Part shown: positions 38,869 through 50,500 of the stretch, piece after piece
Position numbering within the stretch: position 1 is the first letter of the stretch
Layout: each line of letters starts with the position of its first letter
Notes under the pieces: model-generated
The model's database searches: none
What the model saw: the letters and a program-made list of their open reading frames with translations, nothing else
What the model was told of the DNA's origin: nothing
Origin: Podarcis gaigeae
Taxonomy: Eukaryota
Strand: one strand, 5' to 3'
Assembly: GCA_964106915.2 (NCBI GenBank)
Contig: OZ066916.1
DNA: 64,000 bases
Translations under genes and position numbers: made by a program

Positions 38869-39456
38869 TGTCAAGAGGGGGGTCAGCAATAATTTACAAT
38901 AACTTTTGGTGAAGTTATCTCTTTATTCAAAGAAACAAAACAGCTTACGCCTAGTGATCATAGCAACTCTTCCCCGTATGTCTTGTTCCAATGAGGCAGC
39001 TGCGAGAATTAAAGGTCCCCACCTTCTCGCCACTTTCTAAGACTCCTGTTCCCCTGGGTCCTTCCCCAGCAACCTGAGGATCCTTCATCTTCTCTTTTTT
39101 TGCTCCACGCTTTTCATTCCTCTTTGTGTTCCTCTTCACTGGGAGACTGGGAAAGAGGGGAGCTGGTCACAGCAGGAGGGGGAGACTCCCTGGCTTCCTC
39201 AGCAGCCTGCCTCATCTCTGTGTCCTGGCTCCCCTCCCCTCCTGCCTTCGAATTTGTACTGCTTTCTGCCTCAGCCTCTTCCTGCTCACTAAAAACCGGT
39301 TGCCTCTTCAGCTCCCAACACCTCCTCCTCCTCCCAGTCTGTTCCCACTTCACCCTCTGACCATTCATCGTCATCCCACCACCAATCCTCTGGCTCTGAG
39401 CCTCCTTCCCCCGGGGGTTCCTATGGGGCTTCCCCAGCTGGTGCCATTCCATGACA
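38869..39456 (-). mobile_element. Solo LTR (Gypsy-like), 588 bp
   Basis: TGTCA...TGACA inverted termini; minus-strand AATAAA (plus TTTATT ~38922) about 50 nt before the end; purine-rich U3-like body; no internal gag/pol. Confidence 0.8.
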
Positions 39457-39954
39457 TCAGGTTAGCTAAGGGACAATGAAGCATGATGACCTCTTTGTAT
39501 ATCCCTTGCAAAACTATGTGGTATATTCAGTTAAAAGAATAACCCGAAACCATTTAAGGTGTTGAAGATGTCACATATGCTTAGACACATATTATTCCTT
39601 AGGCACATTGAGTTTGTTTGATCCCAAGAAACAAGGCTGCAGATTCGGATATCGTCAATGGACGCATTCGTCTACAGACACCTTTAGAAGATGCTATATC
39701 AATCAGGTTTCAGTCCCCAATTTTTCTCTAACAGCTAACAAATAACTAAAGGTACCCATTGTGCAGGTGGCTGTTGTTCCACTTGCAAATTTGTTTAGTT
39801 GGATACCACCCATATGGTCTTGAAACTCCAGTGTTTTTCTGGTTTAGCAGTGCACTGGGGTTTCTCTGTCCATTTGCGTATGGGAATTTTAAGGTGAATA
39901 ATCATTTCACCTGATTAAAAGTTGGATAGGGGAAACAGAGGCAGCAGGGCTGCA

Positions 39955-40032
39955 GAAAGAGAAAGAGAAAGAGAAAGAGAAAGAGAAAGAGAAAGAGAAA
40001 GAGAAAGAGAAAGAGAAAGAGAAAGAGAAAGA
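39955..40032. repeat. (GAAAGA)13 perfect hexanucleotide repeat
   Basis: Direct reading; produces the spurious (RE)n ORF. Confidence 0.97.
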
Positions 40033-41448
40033 GAGAAGCTTGCTGTTGGGTCTACTGTTGGCCCAACCTCATGCTGGTTCATGTACCAGTTGCTAGCCTG
40101 TAAAATCTCCCCTCAAATATTAAACAGGTGCCATTTCTGTCATCTTTCCAATTCCTACTGGAGACCTTCCTTATTTAACAAAACTATTAAGTTGAAAACT
40201 TCCCCCAGTTTGCATCTGTATTGGAAAATTTTTGAATAGTTTTTAAAAGATTTTTAAATTGTTTAATTACTTGTTCTTTGCTGCCCTGGACTCCTTTGGT
40301 AGGTAGGGTGGGATATACCTGCAATAAATAAATACTTAAACAACTGCCTGTTGCATGTGCATAGGTGCTCCCTATAATTGGGAATCCTGATTTTGTTGGG
40401 TTCCCATTTGTGGGGAGAACATATGCACTCTGAGCATGTATCCCCTTTACAGACAAGCTCCCCTTACGATGACTTCTGGGATAGTGGCAGTAGCAAGACT
40501 CAGGGGCAGGGGCAGGATCTGTATGTGGGCTCTCTCTCCACATAGCTAAATAGGTATTAAGTAGCTCCAAATTGTTCCACAATTCTACAACATTGGTGTG
40601 GCAATTTTGGACTCAAATGACAAGGAGGTCAAGAATATTGATTAATATGTCTGTAGCTGCTAACAGAAAAAGAGCACAACTTCTTTTTCACGTTATTAAT
40701 TCATGGCAAACTCCCACATTTCAAAGGCAAGTGTTATCTAGGAAGCTTTTAACTGCATTTCTGAACTTCTCTGAACGACTTGAAAAGCTACAATCAGTTG
40801 CAATAAAGAGCTACTTATCATATGGATAGATCTCTACAATTAAGACAAGGAGAGACTCAGTAAGCGAGAGGATTTTGAAATATTGGCTTGCCTCCTACAC
40901 AACACAAAACAAAGGCTCACTCTGGTGTCCAGGTCAACCCAGTGTGGGCCAAGCCTGAGCTCTGATTTGCCCCATACAATGAATTATAATAGAGTAGAAG
41001 CAAGAGCTATTTAAATATATGAGTTAAAATTACCCGTGACTGAAGGGAGTACATCAATCAAATGTTTTGGCATGTAATGAGCTAGACAAACTGGTATGGT
41101 AAGCTCGGGGGCAGCAAAAGTCTCTTTCCCGCATTTAGCATTTTTCCAAATTACCATGACATCTCTTTCTATAAGCCACCCAACCTCCAGCAGGTGGACT
41201 TTGCAGGCATTGTGTGGGGAGGACAAAGGAGATTCAGATAGAAACATTTCATTTTGCTTCCTGTTTGGATGTTCTCACAAACTAAAAATTGCATAACCCT
41301 ACAAAAAAAGAAGGGGAAAAGAAAAGCGACTTGGGAGAAATGAGACTTAAATGGGAAATGTCATCTAGCTGCTTCTTTGTTCAAAGTTGGGACACGGGTG
41401 AGAATTTTAAAGAGGGACAAATGGAAGTGAATGGAACTTGTTTCCCAA

Positions 41449-41449
<1 letters not shown>

Positions 41450-41480
<31 letters not shown>

Positions 41481-41668
41481 TTTTTATTTATACCCCGCCC
41501 TCCCCAGCCAAGGCCGGGCTCAGAGCGGCTTACAAGCAATAATAAAAAACAAGATGAATGATTACAACTTAAAAACAAAAATAAAATACAACATTAAAAT
41601 AATGGAACATTAAAATATTAAAATGTAGCCTCATCGCAGGAGAAGGAAAAGAAAGAAAGAGGAGAAAA

Positions 41669-41703
<35 letters not shown>

Positions 41704-41862
41704 AATCAAATTGGCTCCAAGCCAAAGGCCAGGCGGAACTCTGTCTTACAGGCCCTGCGGAAAGAAATCAGATCCTGCAGGGCCCTGGTCTCATGAGGCA
41801 GAGCGTTCCACCAGGCCGGAGCCAGAGTTGAAAAGGCCCTGGCTCTGGTTGAAGCCAATCTA
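41450..41862 (-). mobile_element. Young 5'-truncated L2 LINE (ORF2 end, 3' UTR and (TTA)n tail)
   Basis: RLASTRARAFSTLAPAWWNALPHETRALQDLISFRRACKT; 3' end GTAAGCCGCTCTGAG...GGGCGGGGTATAAATAAA; CpGs retained. Confidence 0.92.
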
Positions 41863-42131
41863 AATGTAATATCTGACAAACAAAACCCAGGCACCTCTGT
41901 CAAGTTCCTGAGCCTGAAGAAATCAGAGGACTCAGTGAAACCTACCCATACCAAAGCATGACTGTTCTACATTGTACCAACATCTCAAGTGACTTGCGGT
42001 GAAGCTAGATTCTTGGCAGGTGGATTGCTGATGCTCACCAGAGGGGAGGCCACAGGAAGGTTGGAAAAGTGCAAAGGCACCAATGGAGCCAATCCAATGG
42101 TCCTGCTGGTGCAGTTAGATCATGCCCGTTT

Positions 42132-42263
42132 CATGGGTGTAGCCAGGGGGAGAGGGCAGCCAAAGTTTTTGAGCTTTTTAAAAGGAAATCAACATTGTGG
42201 GCTTCTGTGGTGGTGGTGGGGCAGAACCTCAGATAATTGATTACTTTCAATGCTACGCCCATG
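42132..42263. mobile_element. hAT (Tip100-like) MITE
   Basis: TIRs CATGGGTGTAGC and GCTACGCCCATG (11/12); degenerate 8-bp flanks GCCCGTTT / TCCAGTTC. Confidence 0.75.
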
Positions 42264-42376
42264 TCCAGTTCCCTACTGAGAAACTAGTTTAGCAGTTCGG
42301 TCCGACTTAGCAGCCTGCTTAGGATCCTGTGTAAGTTTCAATCCTTATGAGTTCTGATCAGTCTAATTGTATAGAT

Positions 42377-42690
42377 AGAACATAGGTACAGTAGTACACG
42401 GCAAGAACCTGCAGGATCAGGCCAATGGTCCATCTTGTCCAGCATCCTGTTCTTACAGTGGCCAACCAGCAAGCAGGAATCAAGCATAAGAGTGCTCTCT
42501 CCTCCTGTAGTTTTCAGCAACTGGTATTCAGAAGCATTTCTGCCTCTGACTGTGGAGACGGAGCATAGCCAACATGACTAGTAGGCATCCATAGGCCTCT
42601 CCTACATGGATTTGTCTAGTCTTATTTTAAAGCAGTCCACGTTGGTGGTCATCACTGCCTTCTGTGGGAGCAAATTCCACAGTTAAACTC
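42377..42690 (-). mobile_element. CR1 LINE 3' end
   Basis: GGATCAGGCCAATGGTCCATCT.GTCCAGCATCCTGTTCT.ACAGTGGCCAACCAG...TGGATTTGTCTA...GTTGGTGGTCATCACTGCC...TTCCACAG. Confidence 0.9.
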
Positions 42691-42783
42691 CAGTGGCAAA
42701 GGGTGGAACAAAGAGAGAAAGAAGAACATGAGCTATAGTGTGCAGTATTCTCTAGTACGCAGAGAGGGAAAAGAGTCTTCTAT

Positions 42784-42894
42784 CAGTGATGGTTGACGCT
42801 TGACCCTCCAGATGCTGCTGTCATCCCTGACCATGCTGGCTGGGATTCATAGGAATTGTAGTCCAGCAATCAGCTCCAGGCTCCCCCTGCCATT
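42784..42894. mobile_element. Decayed short hAT MITE (family related to 32117-32248)
   Basis: CCCTCCAGATG..CATCCCTGACCATGCTGGCTGGG..GGAATTGTAGTCCAGCAA. Confidence 0.65.
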
Positions 42895-43078
42895 GTGGAA
42901 AGGCATACGGAAAGAAGGCTAATAGAGAAAGGGTTATGTGAGACCAATAACAGTTCAGAAAGAGAGGAGAAGACTTCTGTGGGGCACAAAGAGAAAAGCA
43001 GGTTAACAGAGAACAGGTTGCATATAAACATTGAGTTAAAATGGTAATAAAAAAGCTATTGTGATGCAGCCCTTTTGC

Positions 43079-43120
43079 AAAACAAACAAACAAACAAACA
43101 AACAAACAAACAAACAAACA
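43079..43120. repeat. (AAAC)n microsatellite
   Basis: Direct reading. Confidence 0.95.
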
Positions 43121-43755
43121 TGGAAGTGGCCTTCAAAGTGCTTTGAGGTGTGCACCCTGGCTTCACATACACAGATGATGCCTCTTATTAGTCCATTGAT
43201 TTTTTCAGTCTACCAGGATCTTGATATCATTTCCACCCCTTTGATTTTAATGCTTTATCACAGCCTTCCAAAGCTTTCGCTCAAAGCAAAGCCATGCATT
43301 TGCACTTAGCAGGACGTACTACCCTCGTGTCTTCAAAGAGGTGCAAACTGAATGCCTTTAGTAATTTCTGTGCTGCAGCCTGTCTGAAGGCAGCTGGCGG
43401 CACCCCTCCTAAATGTTCACACTTCATCAGCAGAAACCGCTGGCACAGATGTTTATGTGATTTCATTATTGTTGGTAATCCCAACATTCACTAGACTTTA
43501 GACTCACCTTTCCACCTGTGTGGTGTGACAGTCTGGTTTTTGTATATGATATGGGTTGTAATATAAAAAACAGATTGTGAGGCAACTGGATCATTTGGGT
43601 ATTTTTTTTTTTTGCAATAAAGCAGAGAATGTCATCTGAGCAAGTAAAAACACAACTGAGATGGGGGTGACAGCTGCAGTCTCCTTAAGATGCACTTTGG
43701 CTTCCATTGAATTTTCCTTAACTTATCTACCTCCTCTTTAATTTTGCAATATCAA

Positions 43756-44590
43756 TAGGGATGGGTTGAGCAGCTAATTCCATCTCATTTCTTTATATAT
43801 ATATATATATAATTTTTATTAATTTTCATCCAATTATACATTTTATACATTTTAACCCAAATACAATAAATTATGTCAATTTTGAACTTCCTTCAGCGTC
43901 TCTGAGAGTCGTCCATTTTTGTATCTTTAATACGCATTCCCTTTTTTTATATTGCCATTATTCTTCCTTGTTCCCATTATTTTTCATAAACAATACATAT
44001 TTGATTTTTTACAGTGCCTCTTGAAATCCCACTAACGTTGTATTTATACCACATGTGTTTTTCAGATAATCCACCAATTTCCCCCAGTCCTCGATGAACT
44101 TTTGGTCTTTAGTATATCTGATTTTTCCAGTTAATTTGTCCAATTCCGCATAGTCTATCAGTTTTAGTCTCCATTCTTCTATCGTCGGTATCTCCTCTTG
44201 CTTCCACTTCTGGGCCAACAGGATTCTGGCTGCCGTTACAGCATATTGGTAATTCCATCTCATTTCAGTATTTCAGAAACTTAGTCAAATGTCTCCTCCA
44301 CCTTGTTCTGTTATTGCATCCTGGTCCATCCCTTTGCATTCCGTTCTGTCCCATTCCATCTTGTTGTACGCATTTTGTGCACACTTTCAATATAACACAC
44401 ACACCTTTTACATACCATGCACATTTTTCAATTCAATTCACATAAAATAATATTTATGTGTCTTTAATGTAATACACATTTTTGGTACAGTTGTTTTTGC
44501 ACAAAAAATCATTGCAGCATCTACTGAATAATCTGACTAGGAATTATGTGCTGATCCACAAGACTGTCAGGTGTTGGGTCAGCCCATTGC
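43756..44590 (+). mobile_element. Old TAGGGATGG-type DNA element interrupted by the L1 insertion
   Basis: Starts TAGGGATGGG and resumes after the TSD with AT-rich GCACATTTT-type body; right end approximate. Confidence 0.45.
43792..44249 (-). mobile_element. 5'-truncated L1-clade LINE (ORF2 C-terminus and 3' UTR)
   Basis: TAARILLAQKWKQEEIPTIEEWRLKLIDYAELDKLT...DW; AATAAA and (TA)n tail; perfect 17-bp TSD TAATTCCATCTCATTTC at 43775-43791 and 44250-44266. Confidence 0.93.
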
Positions 44591-46639
44591 AAATAATAAA
44601 ATAAAATAAATCTGAATTTCTACAGAATTTACTTCTTAAATATAAATATGCAGAATAGATATAAGACATCTCCACATCATGGTTCATTAGCTGCAACTGA
44701 ATCCCCAAGGTCTGCTTTACCTCTCCAAAAAGTTTTGGATGGCATAGTGGAGTTTTTTAATTCTTTTTTCTCTCTCTCCCCATGGATTATCATTTATTGC
44801 AGAACAGAGAAGTGATGAGATTGTGATTAGATTATCTCAGAAATCTCTGCTAACATAGGAAGTCAGTACCCTCCCACTGAATGAATGTGTGGAATACAGC
44901 ACAATAATCTATTGAATATCCTACTGGTGTACACTGTATGTGATTCTTGCCTCAGAAATGCACAAAATGCATTACAGTGCATGAAAATGCATATATTTAA
45001 AGAATTACACTTGCAGATATCAAACATGCATAGGTTTATAAGTGCAGTTTTTTAAAGCAGCTGATTGGCATGCAAATGAAATAGAATGGAAAAAACAGTG
45101 GAAAAAAGGTGTGCCTAAATGGGACATCTCTAGTTGGAACCACTGAGGTTATATGAGTGACTCCTTTCCTGCATGTGAAACGCTCTGATTTGGATTTCAG
45201 CTACATGATTCCTTACATTCATAACAAAATTGTCTTTCATCCAGGATTATTTCTGCCCAATTTGTATTGTCCAGGAGTGCCTCAATAGTGTTGTTATCTA
45301 GAAACCAAATAGACAATTAGCAAACACCTCTTGTAACAGAAATCTCCTTTGTAAGTTGAGCATTGGGACCCGTCTTGTACAAGCCCCTAATATGAATCAG
45401 GAGACACCTGTCAATGTTAGATTGCCACTTTGCCCATAACTGATCATGTTATACAGAATCAAAAGCCAGCGATAAGTCAACAAGAGCTGAGAATAAAAAC
45501 TTTTTAGAGCCAGAGGCATATTTAGGGATCAAATGATCAAGCACAAGACAATGATCAATAGTTCCTCTTCCCTGCCTAAGTCCAATCTTCTTTGAAGATT
45601 GTGTCTTTCTGAAAAACATGAAAACGTCAACACAAAAATGATAAAAATAATCCCTTGTGGTAGCTATATCAGGTGCTACTGTTGATGGTTCTTTTTCTTC
45701 TATATAAAGATTGCTCTAGTTAAAGACATCTGTAAAAACACTGCCGAAAACAATTAGCACATTTTTCATCCATTCATTTGGCTATAATGGATGAAAACCT
45801 GCATGTTGCATATAATAGTTACTTATGATACAATTGTGCAAAGTTCTGGGTTTTCTTTTAAAGAAATCTTCCCACCTCTTTCTACCATTAGAGAGAATTT
45901 AATATTGGAGGCTTATTGTTTTCCTATTTCTCTCTTTTCAATTTGGCCCAAAGATAAATAAAGAGAAATGTTTATATGTTTGTAAACTGTACATGTTTGA
46001 TGTCTAGCACTCAGTAGTCATGTAAATGGCATCAGAACAAGGCTGTTCTTCCAAGGAAATTCCCCAAGTTAAAGTTGTACCTATTATGGGACAAAGTGAC
46101 TGTATTATCTGATTAAAAACCAAATAAACGTTTTCAATTTAACATCTGGCATTGTTTAATTGTAAAATTGCATTTGTTATTTCTTAAAAAGTGATGGTAG
46201 CTTGGTGAGATACTGGATAAACAGAATTGGTCTTAATATTTTTGTGAGCCATAACAACCTCACTCAGAATTTCATTTGTTACTTAGATGTACATTCTGCA
46301 TTGAATACAGAGATTCTGTGAGTGGAGTTCTACTCAGCGAAGATTCTTGATTTTTCCTGCAGCCCAGAAAATGTTGTCTGGCGGGTTGGAAGAATTCTCT
46401 GGAACAGTGTGAGGACATGGCATAGGGAAGATTGAAGGCAGAAAGAAAAATAAGAAATCAATTCCCCTCCCTGTTCTGTGAGTGGGTGGTTCTGCTGCTA
46501 GATTGCAGTACGCTTTTACAAACATAAGGAATCTTCCTGTTGTGGATGGATTACTCTGACCTGAAACCATTGTCACTAACTATATCTATCGCTTTATAAA
46601 ATGTTCTTCTTGGACTAATGCTTAGATTCAGTAGTGGGC

Positions 46640-47510
46640 TGGATGAGAGCCAAAAGGTTGAAGCTGAATCCAGATAAAGAATAGGTTTCCCAGATCCAGG
46701 AATGGAGAGGTTAACTGTTGTGAATGGGCTTGCACTTCCTCTGAAGGAACATCTACAGTATGTGGCTGCTCATAGAGCCAGCATTGTCACTGGAGTTTCA
46801 AGAGGCATCCATGGCAAGGAAAGCCTATAAACAGTCCAGCTGGTTTGCTAGGTACAACTGTTCCTGGACAGGGAGAATGTTGATGCAGTGATTTGTTCAT
46901 TGGTAACCTCAAGACTGGACTATTGAGATCCATTCTGCATGGGGTTGTCCTTGGAGTCAGCTTGGAAGCTACAACTAGTGCAGAATGCGGCAGCTAGCTA
47001 GGTTTCTCTGAGGGGTGTCTGCCATGAACATATTACACCAATTTTGAAAGAACTGCAGTGGCTGTGTATATGTTACTGAGCCTGCTTCATGGTATTTGTG
47101 TTGACGTAGAAAGGTCTAAAAGGTCTTGAGCTTGGATACCAGAGAGTATGCCTTAAAAACAAAACAAAACAAAAGATTGTCTATTTTTTATAGCTCTGCC
47201 AAGACTGACAATACATTAATGTGAAGGATAGCCTTCACAGTGGTGGCACCCTAACTCTGGAACTGCTTGTCCTTTGAAATAATGGCTGGCACCTACACTT
47301 TTAAGCCTTTGAAACCAGCTAAAGACAAAGTTATTTGCATAGGCTTTGGGCAGAATTTAGTGTGCCATTGTCAATGTTCATTTAGTTGACTGGTAGTGAT
47401 TACCTGCCTTGTTTTTGCTACTTGTTTTATATATCCAGATTTGATGTTCATTTCTCAGGAAATGCATTTTGCAATGAAGAGCAGAAAAGAAATGTTTTAA
47501 ATTAATAAAA
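46640..47510 (+). mobile_element. Old L2 LINE, 3' portion
   Basis: Decayed LVTSRLDY..., LQLVQNAAA, HITPILKELQWL and AFTVVAP.LWN motifs; AT-rich tail. Confidence 0.88.
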
Positions 47511-50500
47511 TAGTATGTGATTTCTTTTAATAAAATGGCTATAGATTTATTCTAGAAAGATCATATGAAGAAGGACAGAATTGTACACCGACTAAGAAAA
47601 GGGAAACCAAGTGATAGATATGCAGAAAAGCACAAAGTGCTGAAATCCCCAAATGAGAAATATTCAAGGGGCTGATTTAAGCAAAGTTCTGAAAGAGAAA
47701 AACAAAATTCATTACATAAAAAAACCTGAAGTCAAAAGACAAATTAAAAGTCATTTCCAGAAGAAAGAAGCTTAATTCTAAAAATCATGAAACAAGGCAG
47801 GACAGCTAAATTACTTCTTCGTCATTTTTTTTAAAGGATTCATAATATTATTGTTTTTTTTAAAAAAACACAATCCCAAGATAATGTCCCTTTAAGCAAT
47901 GGGAATTAATTGTCTGTTTTATCCTCCCTCTCCCCCTGCAGAACATAATCACTGTCTGTCACCCTTTGATGTCATAATCATCCAATGAAGTGCCACAGCT
48001 AAGGAGTAAATCTGCTTAACACTCACTCAAATAAAATAATAAAATAAAATAAAATAGGTATGCTGGGCATGTGTTGGAATTGAGACCCTTGCATTTCTGA
48101 GGCTCTTTCATTTCTTTGTGGGTAATGGCCAAATATTTCAATTAAAGCAATGCCAGGAAGTGACATATTTTGTCCCAGCCACTGGCATATCAAAGGCCAA
48201 AAGAATATTTATAAGACTATTTTCAGACCATCTTCATCTTAATTAGTTTCAACTGTAACACTGGCTGTTCGTCTTTCACTAAGTCCCCCCAAACCCCTTT
48301 TGTGTACTGCCTAAACCTAAACCTACGATAAACAGAACTTTAATACATATCTCCAGAGCCTGGAATGATGCTAAAAATGTACTGTATTTGGGTAGCTGTT
48401 GTTGGGTTTTTCCGCTAACATTTGTTCTCCTCCCCCTCCTCTTTTAACTAAAGAAGAAATCAGCATTGTGTGCCTTCTGTTGAAGATAGCATCCAGTTCA
48501 TTTCCGAAGAAGCATCATTACCATTGGCTTTGAGAATTATCTTTGTCGCTTTACTTGCACTGCCAAGGCAAATAGTTTCTTTGTGTCTAATATCTCCTTT
48601 GATTTTCTTGCTTGGAACACTCATTGTTCAAAGAAGTTAACGAATTCCTGCTCATGATTTGTCTAACCTTTCGAGCTACTTAAATCACATATGATGCCCT
48701 GCAACTTCCCTTTCCCCCACCTTATAAGATGAATTACATAATCAATACAGGGAAATGCCTTTTTCTCATTTCCAGTAATGCGTAATGATTTCTTTGGCTG
48801 TGTGCATGCCTGGATATAATGCAAATGGGGTCCAACAAACAAGAAAACTCCCTGTACTGCGGTGTGTTGCATGCTATAGGAGGGAAAATATCACCACCAC
48901 CCCAAAATCCAACATACACAGCTAATTTCCTTTTTTAAAGAGTACTTTTAGGAACTGGTGAAACTCAGATGGTATTGGAATAAGGAGCAAATTGGGGAAG
49001 CAAAGACCCTTGCTTTTCTCCCGTTGCCTTTTCTCTATCTGCTCCTGTTTGTTTCCCTTTTCCTGCCTCTCATCTATAATCTCATTCCACTCACCTTCAT
49101 TCTCTCAGATATTACCCTTGAAACATTTCCTTCCCTGCCTTCCTTCACCAGTTGCATGTCTCTCCTACCCACCTCTTCCCTGAACCTGAGTCACAGAGCT
49201 GCACTTGATCCATGTCAAACCCTATTGCCTGCTGGAACTTTTGTAAAGATGGTGAGCAAGAGGACATGGTCCTTTATGTGGATGGGGTGGGGTGATGGAA
49301 TTGGGTCCCTCCAAGCCTATTTGAGTTCCCCTTTGAGCTCCTAGCTGAAGGGAAGCAAGCCATAGCCACAACCCACCCACTCATTGGCAGACCCATAAGG
49401 ATAACACTGCCGCACTGTTTCCTGCTGCCATTTTTTTCCTGGCATTATGAGGGCACCATACATGCACATCATTATCTTCAATACTGCATGACTGGCTTTC
49501 AACACCATTATTCAAGACTGTGTGTGTGCATGTGTGTGTGCAAAGTATATATTTGTTTCTTAAAGTGGAGGTGTGAGTCACCATTTTAAGTGGCTGTTCT
49601 GACCTAACACACTCCTTAGTCAGCTGCTTAAAAAAAACCCATCTTGAAACAACGGAAACAAACATTTTCAAACATTCTTCTGAGGTAACGTTTTCAGCAA
49701 GTCATCTTCACTTAATGCTTATACTGAAGGAAACTGCAGCAGTGAGGGTTTTTTCTTTTTTCTTAAAAAAAACCCCAACCCACTGTGGCTCATAGCCCAC
49801 TCAATGTTCTTTATATTGTGTTAAGAAGCTGGTGGTTTCAGCTTAATTATCTTTCTGTAAGGTATAGTGCAATAGTTATAGTGCAAACGGCTTTCCCTAT
49901 TAAGATCCTCTGGTGTGTTTTCCTGGCTATTGGGTTTCTAAATGATGTTCCATTGTACAGTACGTAGGAAGAAATTATGGCTGTAAATGCCTTTGCATTC
50001 AACTCAGCTGGTGGATATAAAACCGATTGGCTTCGTCGACAAGATCAGAGTAGAAGGGACTGTTGCATTTCATTACACTTATTATGTACCAATTTTGGGC
50101 TAGTTTGGGCTATAAGTGCTTCCGTAACAGTATAAATAGTTGAACAGTGGGGGGAGGGAATCTCATTTTAACACAGACCCTACATTTGATCAGCTGTTCC
50201 TTGCCTTGTCTCTATTATATTGCAACTGCTCTGTTCAGTGTAGGGATGAAAGACAGAGATGTTAATACTTAATGTGAGTCCTTGGAGAAACATCCACCCA
50301 TTCCACTATACTAAAGCAACATGGTTGCACCACATTATGCTACAACTGTGCACAATTACAAACTCCCCAAGCCCACCCCGCAGTCAATCTCATGGATCAC
50401 TTGGTGCCCTGTTATGGTATTTTTGAAACAGTGCACTTTGGACCACGTTCAGAAGGACTTCAGTGCTACAGCCTGCTCAGTTGATGTTGTTTTTTGCCAT

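Noticed and set aside
39114-39479. Acidic, Glu-rich ORF resembling a protein fragment
   Set aside because: Inside the purine-rich solo LTR; compositional artefact.
39922-40239. Arg-Glu repeat protein (RERE-like)
   Set aside because: Translation of the (GAAAGA)n microsatellite.
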